Shown here: positions 38,401 to 53,500 of the stretch, one piece after another
Position numbering within the stretch: position 1 is the first letter of the stretch
Layout of the letters: every line of letters begins with the position of its first letter
From: Chiloscyllium plagiosum
Taxonomy: Eukaryota
Direction of reading: 5' to 3'
Length of the DNA: 64,000 nucleotides
Assembly (NCBI RefSeq): GCF_004010195.1
Contig: NC_057718.1
Span: 83,588,624 to 83,652,623, forward strand
Made by a program: the position numbers and the translations under genes
The notes under the pieces: generated by a model
Database searches by the model: none
What the model was told of the DNA's origin: nothing
Seen by the model: the letters and a program-made list of their open reading frames with translations, nothing else

Positions 38401-39230
38401 TGGTAGATCACATCTTCTTTATCTGAACTTCTTTGATAATGTGTCTCATCCTTTGCTCTGGACCAGACTGTGTGCTAGAAGATGATTGTCGAGTAAGTAA
38501 TGAATCTTGTTGGATCTTGACCTGTTGGAGATCCTTCTCAATGGTGACCTCCATTGCCTGCAGCAGGTAGAGATTATGTTCTGGAGGTGGGACATTTCCC
38601 TCTGTTCCTCTCTTGCCTTCTGAACATCTCTGAGTGTGAAGAATCTTTGGATTTTTGCCTTGATTGCTTGCCACCAATTAACTCAAAGAAGAGTTTCACA
38701 ATGTTTTCTGGTCTCAACATAGTCTCAACATGTTCAGCTTCCACGTCCCTCAACCAATCCTCTGGTCAATTTGTTGGTGATAGTCAATAGGAAGTAGAAG
38801 AACACAGGCTTAATGTTGACAGATCTGTCCATGAACGTTTGGGACACAAATCATCAATCCTGGAACAGGGAGACCCATCTGGTCTCAAACAGATGTACCT
38901 GTATAGTGCTCCATTGGCAAAATTGAACAGTTGTACAGCTTGGCACCTTTTCTTGTTTCCACCGGAGTGTGAATGTAGCATCAGCCTGCTGTTGGCCCTG
39001 TTGGAATGTCCAGCTGTAATCACCACCTGGATGCCACCAGCACTAATAAGAGCTGCTGAAATCTGGCCTGTCAATTACTGTTCTGAACTGGGGCCAACAT
39101 TGACATTAAGTGGAGCAGAGTGCTTTTGTACATTTCATCCTCTCACTACAAGAAGATTGAAGCAGCAATCCCTACATTCCCTTACTTGTCACTGCCTGCC
39201 ACTCAGAAAAAGACACGTTGTTTCCAGAAT
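35415..39230 (-). mobile_element. Old Tx1-clade element, fragmented, with nested CR1 (35855-36270) and HE1 SINE
   Basis: Colinear with the 50.5-55.4 kb element (LMTTFVCSCIKL..NTKCHYELRF, WQNVSSPNLSNK, VVITAG). 3' end GAATAAAGCATATTTTT. Confidence 0.75.
36670..36987 (-). mobile_element. HE1-type V-SINE, full length
   Basis: Minus strand GGCACGGTGGTACAATGGTTAGCAC...GGTTCAATT head, V domain and (TAATC)n tail. Confidence 0.88.
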
Positions 39231-40009
39231 GCAAATCAGTTCTCTATTTATCTCAATACACTATCTTGATCCCATGCACTTTAATTTTATTACATCTTGA
39301 ATAATTCCAATAAATTCGTCAAGCATGATTTCCCTTCTGTAAATCCATGCTGACTCTGTCCAATCCTGTTACCATTTTCCAAGTGCTCGTCTAGTAAATC
39401 TTTATAATGAACTCTAGTATTTTACTACTCCTGATGGTGAGCTAACAGACCTATAATTCCTTGTTTTCTCTCCACCTTTCTCTTAAATAGTGGGGTTACA
39501 TTAACTATCCTCCAATCCATAGGAGCTATTCCAGTGAATTAGACAAAAGAATTAGAGAATTACAAACAAAAGTTGTAAAGGACACAAAACAATTAAAAAG
39601 CACACTTTTTGTGCTTTACTTCTCAACATTTCAACAACAAATACACAAAAATGATTAAACTACACATGCAGACATCATACAATATGAGTATCCAGATCAT
39701 AGGTCCAATGTCAATGTCTACAATTCATATTTTATTTACTAATGAAAAATACAATAATCTAGGCCTGGTTTCTCAATTAACTACATGTTGATAATGGCTA
39801 ACATATTGTACAACAATGGTGTATGTGGAATTATGATATTGTCGGGAAGAATATTTTATGAATCTTTTATTATTACATCAGCTGAATACTGTAATCTATG
39901 TCATTGGTAATTATTATTCTGATATGAACATAATGCCATTTATAACACAAGTATTTAAATCAGTCAATATATAAACATGCCAGTTGTGATGGTCAGTACT
40001 TCACAATAA

Positions 40010-40456
<447 letters not shown>

Positions 40457-41606
40457 TAGAATTGTAATGCCGAATGGAAGAAGGCTTGAGGAAATTATTG
40501 ACCATAATATGAAGAGCTTTTAAGAGAAATAGAGTTAAGAGTATAGATTTTTTCTCTCTTCCTCTGTCTCAGGATGTAGCCATTTCCCCCAAGGCTATAT
40601 TTGTTGCCAGCTGCACTGAAGAAGCTAGTAGTGAACATTTATCTTGAACTTATGCAATCCTTGTGGTGAAAGTGCACTCACAGTGCTGTTAGGTAGGGAG
40701 TTCCATAATTTTTAGCCAGTGACAATGAAGGAATGGGATGTATATACATTCTTCACAATTTGGTCTGTGACCTGGTGGGGAAACTAAAAGTGAGGGTACC
40801 TGCTGACCTTGTCCTTCTAAACAGTAGATGGTTTTGCTACGTATTATCAATGAAGCTTTGACAAGTTGATGCAATGCATCCTGTGAGTTTTGTGTATTGC
40901 AGCCGCTGCTAACAACTCAACAGGTTAACTTTGCCTCTGTCAAAAGCCAGATCTAGATAAAGGTTTTTGGTGGCATTCTCCAGGCAGAGACAGTTAGTAG
41001 GATACAGCTTTACTTATCTATGTACCCATTGAATTGTCCAATGTCACATCTGTTGGATGTTAGGTTGGAACCCTAATCCTATTCAAATAAGGATAAGTAT
41101 CGTTACTTGAGGTGAAAATAGTGCCATTCCACAGAACCCATTTTTTGTCTTACCAACTCAATTGCATTGAACATTAATTATTCTTATATAAAGTAGGCCG
41201 GCACTATATAAAGTATGGACCAGCTTAAGAGTGTAAGTTGATATGCAAACAATGCCAGTGGCAATCCTAACCATTATTTATTTTGATTCTCAACTTTGGG
41301 TCTGATAAATATTTGTGGGGAACTTGGATCCCCAGCTATGTACTGGGGATGGGAAATTAGAAACTACACTGGCAGCAATTGTACCCGCCTCTTTAAGAAC
41401 TGATGCTTCCCAATGCAATCAATTTCACTCCTTCAATGTAGTTTGGATAGATTGGGAACTCATAGCCTGGTGAATTGCAACAAATAACCACTTCGTCTCA
41501 TTTTTGTGTGACCTAGCATGCATTAGTGATGTTGAAATGAATAACTTTATGGATATTGGTCAGTAGAATGCTGTCAAAGCTATTCCTTAGTGGGTTTTTC
41601 TTCTGA

Positions 41607-41855
<249 letters not shown>

Positions 41856-42082
41856 TAGCTTTTACTTCTAAACAGACACTTTATAGAGATACCTTTTGAC
41901 AGTGGGTTGGGTGAACAATATTTTGCCTTCTGCATCACTGTTTAAGCCAGTTAAGTACTTCTGAGGTCACTGCTGGTAATGTAGGAAACACAGTAACCAA
42001 ACTGTGCACAGCAAAGTTCCAAAAATAGTGATGTGATAATGGCTAGAGAAGAAGTCTCAGCAATGGTGGTTGATATAGGCAA

Positions 42083-42299
42083 GGAAGAGAAAGTGAGGAC
42101 TGCAGATGCTGGAGATCAGAGTCGAGAGTACGGTTCTGGAAAAGCACAACTGGTCAGGCAGCATCCGAGGAGCAGGAGAATCGGCTTTTCAGGCATAAAC
42201 CTGATTCATGATGAAGGGGTTATGCTCAAAACGTTGATTCTCCTGCTTCTTGGATGCTGCCTGACCTGCTGAGTATTTCCAGCACCACACTCCCGACTC
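42083..42299. mobile_element. Palindromic PLE unit (family A) in intron 3
   Basis: Inverted arms; exact 12-bp TSD TGATATAGGCAA at 42071-42082 and 42300-42311; hammerheads mutated. Confidence 0.85.
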
Positions 42300-42569
42300 T
42301 GATATAGGCAAAGATCTAAGGAGAGCTTTCTCTGTTCCTCTATACTCACCTGAAAAAGTAGATTGGATGACACTTTCAACAGTGTAGGACTCCCTGATTA
42401 CTGCATTGTTTAGTAGCTCCAGAGTTTGTCCACAAGTCCACGGAATAGGGCATTACATGTGTATCTAAGTGGTGAGAAAAAGAAAAAGAATTTTGCTAAG
42501 ACAGCAAAATCATCTCAAACCCCAAATAGTGGCATCAAAGGAAGGCAGCAGAGAGATTTTTAAATAAAA

Positions 42570-43718
42570 TCATAGAGATGCACAACACAGAAACAGTCCC
42601 TTTGGTCCAACTCGTCCAGGCCGACCAGATATCCTATATAAATCTAGTCCCATTTGCCAGTGTTTGGCTTATATCCTGCTAAACCTTTCCTATTCGTATA
42701 CTCATCCAGCTGCCTTTTAAATGTTATAAGGGTACTAGCCTCCACCACCTCCCCTTGGAAGCTCATTCTATACACACACCACCCTCTGTGTGAAAAAGTT
42801 GCCCCTTAGGTCTCTTTTATATCTTTCCCCTCTCACCTTAAACCTTCTAGTTCTGGACTCCCCCACCCCAGGGAAAAGATCTTGCGTATTTACCTTTTCA
42901 ATGCCCCCTCATGATTTTATAAACTTCCATGAGGGCACCCCTCAGCCTCCAATGCTCCAGGGGAAACAGCCCCAGCCTATTCAGCCTCTCCCTATATCTC
43001 AAACCCTCCAACCCTGGCAACATCCTCGTAAATCTTTTCTGAACCCTTTCAAGTTTCACAACATCCTTCCTATAGGAGGGAGTCCAGAATTGCACGCAAT
43101 ATCAAAAGTGGCTGAACCAATGGCCTGAACAGCCGCAACATGACCTCCCAATTCCTACACTCAATGCATTGACCAATAAAGGTGAGCATACCAAATGCTT
43201 CTTCACTACCCATCCATGTGTGACTCCACTTTCAAGGAACTAGGAACCTGCACTCCAAGGTCTCTTTGTTCAGCAACGCTTCCCAGGACCTTACCATTAA
43301 GTGTATTAGTCATGGCCTGATTTGCATTTCCAAAATACAGCATCTCACATTTATCTAAATTAAACTCTATCTGCCACTCCTCAGCCCATTGGCCCATCTG
43401 ATCAATATCTCCTTGTACTCTGAAATATCCTTTTTAGCTGTCCACTACACTTCTAATTTTAGTATCATCTGCAAACTTATTAAACATACCTCCTATGCTG
43501 ACATCCAAATCATTGATATAAATGACAAAAAAAAGTATACCCTGCACCAATCCTGTGACACACCGTTGGTCACAGCCCTCCAGTCTGAAAAGCAACTCTC
43601 TACCACCACCCTCTGTCTTCTACCTTCGAGCCAGTTCTGTATCCAAATGGCTAGTTCTCCCCGCATTCCATATGATTTAACCTTGCTAACCAGTCTACCA
43701 TGAGGAACCTTGTCAAAA
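42570..43718 (-). mobile_element. CR1 LINE 3' part
   Basis: QFWTPSYRKDVVKLERVQKRFTRMLPGL and WQIEFNLDKC motifs. Confidence 0.9.
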
Positions 43719-43999
43719 TCATAAATGCAACCTTTACACTGTAATATTTTCTGTCCTTGTCAGATGAAATGAATCAAGGCTTCCTCTTGAAGCTATTTTT
43801 ATTTAACTGAATGCGATTGTGTAATTTCAGCTTAATTGGAGGGGCAACACAACTTGTATGGAATGCACAACGTATTTGTTAAGTTAAAAATCTCAATTCA
43901 CAACAGCACTTTAGCAAGAAAAAAGGAGTGAATTACTGACATCCTCTTCCTGCAACATTTGAAGGTTTGAAATTTGCTTCTCTGCTTTAAGGAACATAG

Positions 44000-44383
44000 T
44001 TAAAACTCGTGCAACACCAAGTTATAGTCCAACAGATTTAATTGGAAGCACTAGCTTTTGGAGCGCTGCTCCTTCATCAGGTGGTTGTGAAGTACACAAT
44101 TGTAAGACACAGAATTTATAGCAAAAGTTTACATGTAATGTAACTGAAATTATACATTGAAAAATACCTTGGTCAACGTATTTTTCAATGTATAACTTCA
44201 GTTACATCACACTGTAAACTTTTGCAATAAATTCTGTGTCTTACAATTGTGTACTCCACAACCACCTCATGAAGAAGCAGAGCTCCGAAAGCTAGTGCTT
44301 CCAATTAAAACTGTTGGACTATAACCTGGTGTTGCGTGAGTTTTAAATTATGTACACCCCAGTCCAACACCGGCATCTCCAAA
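44000..44383. mobile_element. Long palindromic PLE unit (family B) in intron 3
   Basis: Inverted arms of about 170 bp around a short loop near 44170. TSD TTAAGGAACATAG/TTAAAGAACATAG. Confidence 0.88.
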
Positions 44384-45404
44384 TTAAAGAACATAGGAAT
44401 GGAGTAGACCACTTAACGTCTTAAACCTGTTCTGCCATTCAAAGTAGATTATGGTTGACATGACCTAACTCCATTTATCTCCTTTTGCCCATATTTCTTA
44501 ATACCCTTAGTTCAAAATATCTCTCCCAGATTTAAAGTTCACAATTTACTCCCCAGTCAACTGACATCTGAGGAAGAGTTACAAACTTCTACCAACGTTT
44601 TTTATGTGAAAGTGTTTCCTTGGAAATTCTTAGCTCTAAATTTCAGCTCTATATATCCTGGTCCTTGACTCTCCAACTAACAAAAGTACTTCTCTCTATC
44701 TACCTTAACTACACACTTGCAAAAAGAAAATCTTTGATCAATTTACCCCCTAGCCGTTGAAAGGAATACAAGTTTGGTTTGCTCTACTTTTGTAATTTAA
44801 CCTTTATTGTTCCGATAAATCTATACTGCTATTCCACACAGTACTCAATCAGTGGTTAACTAGGGCTTTCGAAAGCTTTAGCATAACTGTTGTAGTCCTC
44901 TAGATATAACCTTTTTGATTATTTTTCATAGCTGTCCATGATATTTTAACAATCTATGCATATGGACCTCTGAGTTATATTTGAACTTCTAAATTTCAAG
45001 TTTATTGCCATTTAGAAAGTGCCTTATTACAATCTTTTAAATTCAAAAATAGCTGGTCTCACATTTGTCTATCTGAAATTTAATTGCTACAGTTTTGCCT
45101 TCATTTCATTTATTTTGTTTATTTTAATTTATCTTATTTATGCTGTTACCTGCAGTATTTGCAATGCAAGCTGTTTTTGTGATAGATTTTTAAAACCTCT
45201 TTACTCATATTGTTCAATGGATTTTTTCTGAACCTTTTCTGACATGTGGGAGAAAGCTTTACATGTGTATGCATTTTATAAAATGATTTATTTAAAGTGA
45301 CCCTGGACATTTCACAGTACGCTCAAATTCCTGTCTAAATGCGTTGGCTTCAACCACTGAAACTAATTTGTCATATTCGCTGTCTTGTTGCACATTTCCT
45401 TTAG

Positions 45405-45725
<321 letters not shown>

Positions 45726-45859
45726 GCACCATTTGAAAAATACAGTTGATTTTATGCAAGATCTGTGGTTCTCCAGTCTGATCTTGTGTTGGGAGTGTGG
45801 CATATGAATCATGCATCTGTGTTTTTGATTCTCTGTAGATTCTGCCATAAACTACTTAC

Positions 45860-45865
45860 AATAAA
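45860..45865 (+). terminator. Candidate proximal polyadenylation signal of TMEM178A (alternative AATAAA at 46682-46687)
   Basis: AATAAA about 135 nt after the stop codon, followed by GT-rich sequence. Usage cannot be determined from sequence. Confidence 0.35.
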
Positions 45866-48129
45866 TCTGCATTTGTGTCTTTAAAACACAAAATTGTTAT
45901 TTAAAAGAACTGCACCATTCAATGTAAACGATACAAAAAAACTCATCAAACAACTACTGATAATATGCCACTTGAAATTACAAATACTTCGTGACTAACC
46001 ACTGCTGCCTCAGTTTTTCTTTGGTCTTACCTGTTCTGAGATTAGTTGAAATTATTTTATTATGGTGGTTGTTTTCTGTGCAATACCAGTTGTATTATTG
46101 TTGTATTCCAAATGCAAAAAGGTAGGAATATTAAACTGGGCTCAGCTATTGAAATATATTGGATATATTGAAATTGTACCTTCAATTTTACAATGTTACT
46201 TTATTGATATTCAACAGGAAAACATATCAATATGTCTCTATGAGTAAAGCACACTGGGAGTAAAATTGATCTTTGGTGATCATGCAAAATGGGCAATAGG
46301 AAATTTGGAAACCTTTTTATATCTGCCCAATGTTTTTGCAGTTGATTTCGAAGAAAATTGAGTGGGATGCAAAATGGGCCAATGATTCACCATCACTCAC
46401 TTAGCACAACCATCTACTTTGAACTGCCAGGTCCAAGCATCAGTTTGCACTTTTACATTCCAAGTATTGCCTCTCTTAAAGCTGTGGTGATTATTTAACT
46501 AAACCATGTACTTTGAGTAAGGTTCAACTGTAATTATTTGACAATACTGTGCTGTCAATTGCTGTGTTAAATTTTGTGAATGAAAATGTGAATAATTGGT
46601 ACAATTGTTACAATATTTCCATAATATGGTACTGAGTGTAAATTCTTTGTGCTGTTTCTCTGTAGACACTGCTTTTATTTTAATAAACTTTAAGTCTCAG
46701 TAGGTTAGAAATTGGATTGCACCTGGTTGTATCCCTATATACAGTATATCTAATCCAGGGCTGGACCATGCAAAATTGGCCCACAGGCCTCCTCTGTTTA
46801 CTGTTGACAAACTGCAGATGCCAGTGAAGGCCTTGGAAGCAATTCATGGTTCTTTGAAGAACAATAATCAGACTGTTGAGATGGTAGGCAGAGGAGGAGG
46901 AGGGAGGGTGGGGGGAGATTGGAAGGGAGGGAAACTTAACGTGGAGCTGAGAGGAATACTCTTCCTGTCTTCGCAATAAGGTGAGCTACAAAAAAATAAC
47001 TTTCAGGGAGCAGCTTCCAGCAGACCCTTGCCTTTGAAAATAATTAGTTTCTGCCTACAACCTTCATAGTGTACATAAGTCAGTTGCTAAAGAGTTTTAG
47101 AGGATGAGCCGTTCATTGCATATACAAAGGGACGATTGCCTTTTTGGGCACAGGCTGTGAATATCTTTACAATTTAATCAGCAGTACATGTTAAGTGTGG
47201 AATGCATGCCACCCGTGATATTGATACTTAGGTGCCCATTTTACAGGTGCAAAAGGTTTGACACCTATGAATTTCTGGGCAAGTACGTTTATTTTAAATA
47301 AATAGTCTCCAAGATAGCTCTTCCTTTGTAGGTATGAGATACCATCCGAGAAAACCTGCTTAGTTCCAATATGAGATAATATTGTGCCGCTTTGTATGAA
47401 TTGTGTCCATACTTGCATATTGTGCAACAATTCTGTATGACGCAAAAAGTTTAATGTCTTTATGTTAGAGAAGTGACATTTTTATTTTCAAAAGTGAGAT
47501 AAACATATCTGGTAACAAAAATCTTTCTTCCAATAAAAATTATCCAATGAAAATTTACCTTTTCTTCCATTCATTCTGAATTCTACAATTTTAGTCTTGA
47601 ACCATAAAACATTGTCACAGCATGAAGTTAACACAATAAATGTGCCATAGAAAAGTGACAGCAGAGAAAGAGCCCATTCCACCCATTGTAACTGCACTAG
47701 CTGAATAAATTAGCTGCCCATTTTAATCACACTTTCCAGGGTGTTGAAGCAGAATGACTAAATAAATCACTTGACATCAAGAGTCCACTTCTGACATCAA
47801 AGAGTTTATTGATGTTTCACCGCTGGGAAGAAATCTCTGGTGGTGCAGAAGCTTGTTCTCTGAACAAAGGAAAAATGTAAACTTTTATACATTTGTTTTC
47901 AGCCTGACTTTGATGATTGCAAACCAATCGTGTTATTAATTAATTACATACACACCCAACCAAATTAATCATATGACTGTACAGTCAGTAATGGGCAGCC
48001 TTATGGACACCAGGTATTTCCATGATCAAAGTGTTAATTAGACATCCTTATCTTTATCCTTGGGCCTTTACAATGCATCTTATCCAATCCACATTCCAAT
48101 GCCTGCTGTTTTCTGCAATTCTTGCGGTA

Positions 48130-48625
48130 AGCAGGGTGGCTACCTTTATTTTTGTTTAAGGCTGTCTGTCCAGGGACCTGGGTTCAACTCCACCCCAGGT
48201 GATTTAAAAGGCATCTGGATGGGAATATGAATAGGAAGGGTTAGAGGGGTACAGGCCAAGTGCTGGCAAATAGGACTAGATTAGGTTGGGAAATCTGGTT
48301 GGCATGGATGCGTTGGACCGAAGGATCTGTTTCCACACTGTACATTTCTATGACTCTATGAATGTCTGTGCGGAGTTCGCACATTCTCCCCATGTCAATG
48401 TGGGTTTCCTCTGGATACTCTGATTTCCTCCCACGGTTCAAGGATGTGCAGGTTAGTGGATTGGCCATGCTAAATAGTCCATAGTGTCCAGGGATGTGCA
48501 GGCTTGGAGGGTTAGCCATGGTAAATGTGGGGTCACAGGAATAAGGTAAGGGTGGGTTGTTCTTCAGAGGGTCGGTGTGGTCTCTATGGGCCAAGTAGCC
48601 TGTTCCCACACTGTCGGGATTCGCT
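48130..48625 (+). mobile_element. V-SINE interrupted by a CR1 3' end (about 48203-48360)
   Basis: B-box GGTTCAACTCC, then a CR1 tail, then the V domain resumes. Confidence 0.75.
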
Positions 48626-49771
48626 GACTCATGGCAATGATTTTGATTCCCAGATCAGTAACGGAGTGACTGGTGAATTCCAGGCTCCAACTTTTAAAAA
48701 TAGCTACCAGTACTCCTCATTTTCAGTCCCAAGGTCAGGTTGGATTAATTCATATTGGGTGACCCAAGAAGAGCTAAGAAGGCTGATGAATTCTGAGGTG
48801 AGCTGCCTCTGGTCTCCAGCGCCATATCTAATAATTAAACCAAAAGAATAAAATATTCTTCCAACCCTCACCCTTCTTGTCCCTTTTCACCCCCACACAC
48901 TCCATTTGCCCCATTGATGACAACCCCACCTCTTAAAAGTTTGACAGTTCTTTGACATCTTGACAGATCCGAGGGCACATTTGGGCGCAATCTTCTGTAC
49001 TGTTTGCAACCTAAAGATCAGCAGGCTGCTCACTCCCTTCTCTCTCAAAGGCTTCCTTTCAGGATACCTTATCTCTCCAAAGGAATACCCTGGTTAGATA
49101 TTTTAACCAAACCACAAAGTTCCGACCTGTTTTAGCAGCTCTAATGCTCACACTGCAGGTTCCAACAGAGATAACAACATCCAATTTCAGTGGAGTCAGC
49201 TGGTGGTTTAAATAGCCAATACTTCCACAAAATATGCATTATAAGTCCCAGCCTGACACCAGTCCTCCCCCATGAAAATGGGAAGTGCCATGCTCAGTGT
49301 TGGGTCTTGCTATTTATTCCACTTCTGATATTTTTGTAAATTATGAACCAACTGTATATAATGGCATATATTAAAACTCCAGTCCCCTCATAATCTCACA
49401 GACATACATAGATACAGTCAGGTAAATGAAACATGGGTGTTATGAATGGAGGGAAAACTGGAAAAGCAGTTCAGTTTCCTCTGTGCATCAGTTCCAGTGA
49501 GATAGTTCCTGTGCTGATCAGAACACTGCTTCTTTGTCTTCCTTCTCCAGATGTTATCACTGGTTTGCAGGCAGCATAGAGGGGCTGGTTCACACTTATG
49601 AAAGGTCCCTGACATTTTTCATTAAAAGTCATGGTTTACAGCAACTGCTGAAGGAAAATGAACTGCATTTTTTTCCCCATTTTAAAATTACATTTACTGC
49701 AGAGACCAGAGAGAGTCCTGAACTGGTGGAGATCTGATGGCTTCTCAGTATCTTGTTTACGGTCACAAGAT

Positions 49772-49907
49772 CCAAGGAACAGGAGAATCGACATTTCGGG
49801 CATAAGCCCGAAGAAGCCTGAAGAAGGGCTTATGCCCGAAACGTCGATTCTCCTGTTCCTTGGATGCTGCCTGACCTGCTGCGCTTTTCCAGCAACACAT
49901 TTTCAGC
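49772..49907. mobile_element. Palindromic PLE unit (family A) with intact + strand hammerhead core (49818-49845)
   Basis: CTGAAGA-A-GGGC-TTAT-GCCC-GAAAC-GTC. TSD TACGGTCACAAGAT/TACAGTCACAAGAT. Confidence 0.85.
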
Positions 49908-50514
49908 TACAGTCACAAGATGTTTAGCTTCCTCAGAACCAATTACACCATTGTTGGCAAGCAGAAGGCCTTTGTCGCCACTAGTTGGTGATAAATCCAA
50001 AGTCATTAATCAACTACTTGCTGCCAATCAAAGATCCGTTTATACAGAGGTATGTGACCCCAGCTAATCTTCAAACAAAATACAAAGACAGTTCTTCACA
50101 ACATGTTATAGTTACAGTTAATGAACATTGGCCGGGCCATAAACTCATTCATTAAGTACTGATGCAAGCCAACCGCTGAGACATGTATGAAGATAATTTG
50201 AGATCGCTGGCATGACAAGCAAAGCAGTAAAGAGTTGTGGGGATGGGAATGACAACCAGATCAGCTATGGTCTTGTTGAATGTCAGCACAGATTAAAAGG
50301 CCAAAGTGCCTTTGCTTGCTTCTAATTCCAATGTAAAACTGAATGTATAGCTGTGCTTAATATTCTCAAAATAGAATACCTTATTTCTGATTTTCAGCTT
50401 CAGCAATGTATTTGACTCTTAACAAAAAAAAACGTGGTCAGCACAAACCTTGCACCCATAATCTGCAACAGGTTAGGCCCAACCTTGTACTTACATACCT
50501 AGAATATCAGACTG

Positions 50515-53500
50515 TCTTCATGAAGAAGATTTTGTTGGAGTGTTGCGGATTCTAAGCAGCAGACATCTACTGCCTGCAGGATTTCCCGAGTGCAAGGTAT
50601 ATTGATGTGACCTTCAGGAGCTTGATGCAGTGTGAGCACGTTTTAAGGGTATTTAAGGACAAAAAGAAAGGGAGCCTCTGTTCTCCATCATGTCAGCGGT
50701 GTGCTCCCTACACAGAGGAGTCAGGTTGTTACAATCTATATGTACAACTCCCACATCCCAGCAGCTGATGTCCTAACCTTCCTGGGAAGGTATGTGCAGG
50801 TGGAAGGAGACAGCACTGTCATTGTGGACTTCTTTGGAATCTGGACCAGCAAATGGCAGGTCAAGGTGACCCTGAAGGTGGATGCCAGTGGAAACATCCT
50901 CAACCCACTCCCCAGCTTTGCAGTTGGAGGGAGCAGGGGCTACCTGACGTATGCAGGGCAGCCTAAAGTGTGCCGAACCTGTGGGAGAGTTGGACACATG
51001 GCAGTGGACTGTAAGGTGATCATCTGCAGGAATTGCAAGCAGGAGGGTCACCTGACCAAGGACTGTAAAGAGTCAAAGAGCTGTAACCTGTGTGGGGAGG
51101 CGGGCCACATGTACAAGGCCTGCCCAAGACAGGTGTGAGGGATGCTGGGGCACTTACGCACAGATGGCTGGAGGTGGCAATGTGAGCTGTGGACCCCCAA
51201 AGATGAGCAAGGTACCACCAACAAGCAGGGGAATGGAGTCTGCCAGCACCCAGAAGGAAGGATGGGCTAGAGTGGAGCAGCTGGCATCCAGCGTGGAGGC
51301 ACAGCAGCTGAACCAAGCTCCAGTTGGACAGACGAAGGCAACGGAAGAAGAGAAAACCGAGGAAGCGGGGGGAGTGGATTCCGGTGAAAAACAGGAAAAG
51401 GAAAACCCGCCAGGCCTCTAAAGCCTCACAGCAAAGGGGGAAATGACAGCCGCATGGAGAGGAAATGGGCAGCTCCTCAGATGGTGAAGACGGTTGCAAG
51501 GAGGGTCATCACCAGCAGAAGAGGCAGAATGCCACTGGGGAAAAGGAGGGTAGTACCCCCCAACCGGGAAACGACAGACCTCCTAGGGAACTGGTAAAGC
51601 CCAGCCCCCACCTGGTGAGAACCAGGGGTTATCAATTGCCCCACAGCTCCAGGTAACTGGGAGCCACAATCATCTGGCAGCCCCACTGTCAGATGCTGAA
51701 CTGGACTCTGCGGACCCTGGTCTCAACCCGATGACACCAGAAAGGGAAAATGACCCCAGTGAGGAGCCAGACAGCTACCTCAGCCAACAGTTCACCTACA
51801 CCACAGGGATGCAGACAGCCACCCCAGAGACAGGACCATCGGTAAATTGACAATGGTAACCTGATAAACTGTAAAATGGGAGTTAAAATTGCCAGTATTA
51901 ATGTGCATAGTGTTAAATCTTCGATGCAATGTGTTTCTACGATGGCCTTCTGAGTCAACGTTAAAGCCAATGTCCTATTTCTGCGGGAGTGTGGGATTCC
52001 GCACCTCAGCAGCTACAGGAGATGGTCAAGTTTGTGTGCCCATAGGCCATCAGTTTGGTCAGGGTGGGGCAATGATAACCGTCCCTCTGGCCTGGGTGTC
52101 CTGCTGCAAGGGGACAACTTCACCATCTCTGAGGTTACAGAGGTGGTGGGCGGGTGCATCCTCGTCACTGATGTTACATACAGAAATGCTCCCCTGAGAC
52201 TAAGTAGCGTGTACACCCCAGCAGGTAAGAGTGAACAGCTGGCTGTTCTGCAGCAGCTTCCACTGTTGCTGGCTACGTCCAGGCCGGTCATTCTGGCCGG
52301 AGACTTCAACAGTATCATTGATGCAGATGGACGATCCGGCGGGGGGGTCAATAAACTGGATGCCACGCCCAAAGTCCTAGTGGAAATGGTCAAATTTGCC
52401 AAGTTGCACGACGTCTTCAGCACCCCTGCAGACGGAGCGCAGCGTAGATACACCTGGTCACGGGCAGACAGGTCTATCCGCTCAAGGATAGATTACCTGT
52501 TTGTGTCCCGAACGTTTTCGATCAGATCCACAGACGTCAAGCCGATGTTCTTCTCTGACCACTGCCCTCTGCTGGTCAACTGTCACCTACAGGGCAAGCA
52601 GTGAGTTGGTAAGGCAACGTGGAAGCTGAACACAAAGTTATTGACCCCAGGAAACATTGAGGAGCTCAAGAAGGATTTTGCAGGTTGGAGAACCATGAAA
52701 CCCCTCTTTGAGTCCCCAGCGGACTGGTGGGAAACATTTAAATGGAACATCAAGAGGTTCTTCATCCTCAAAGGTGTTCAGGAGGCGAGAGAGAGGTGGG
52801 GAAAACTGTCCCAGCTCCAGGAAAGTATGCAGAAGCTACTCCTGCTGCAGACGATGGGGGTCGATGTCACAGAGGACCTCAAGGAGGTGAAGGGCCAGCA
52901 AGCCTCGCTCTTTCCCTCAGAGGCCTCCAAGATAATCTGCCGGACCAGGATCCACTCGGTGGAGCAGGATGAGACGTGCTCACGTTTCTTTGTCCAGAAG
53001 ATGCACAAAGAGAGCTCCGTGCTCAGCAGCTTGAAGGAAGAAGATGGCTCGCTAACGTCATCTCAGGCTGATGTCATGAGGATCAGCAAATCCTTCTATG
53101 CCAGTCTGTATGACTCAAAACCAACTGACAGTGTGGCCTCCCACTCACTCCTGTCCTCTATCACGGAGGTCTTAGATGACAGAACACAGGAGAGGCTGGA
53201 CCAGCTGCTTTCTCTGGATGAGCTGACCAATGCCCTCGAGTCCTTCAAAAAGAATAAAACTCCCGGAAGCGATGGCTTACCGGTCGAGTTCTATTCCGCT
53301 CTGTGGGACTTGATTGGCCAGGACCTGCTGGAGGAGTATGTCAGTATGCTTCGGGCAGGTACCATGAGTGAATCCATGAGGAAAGGCATCATCACCCTCA
53401 TCTACAAGCGGAAGGGGGAGAGGAAGGAAATCAGAAATTGAAGACAAATCTCACTGCTAAATCTGGATTACAAAATCTTGTCAAAGGTCTTGCCAACTGA

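Noticed and set aside
49418..49740. Possible exon of a neighbouring gene (good + strand acceptor at 49550; short ORFs on both strands)
   Set aside because: No recognisable protein similarity and no convincing donor.
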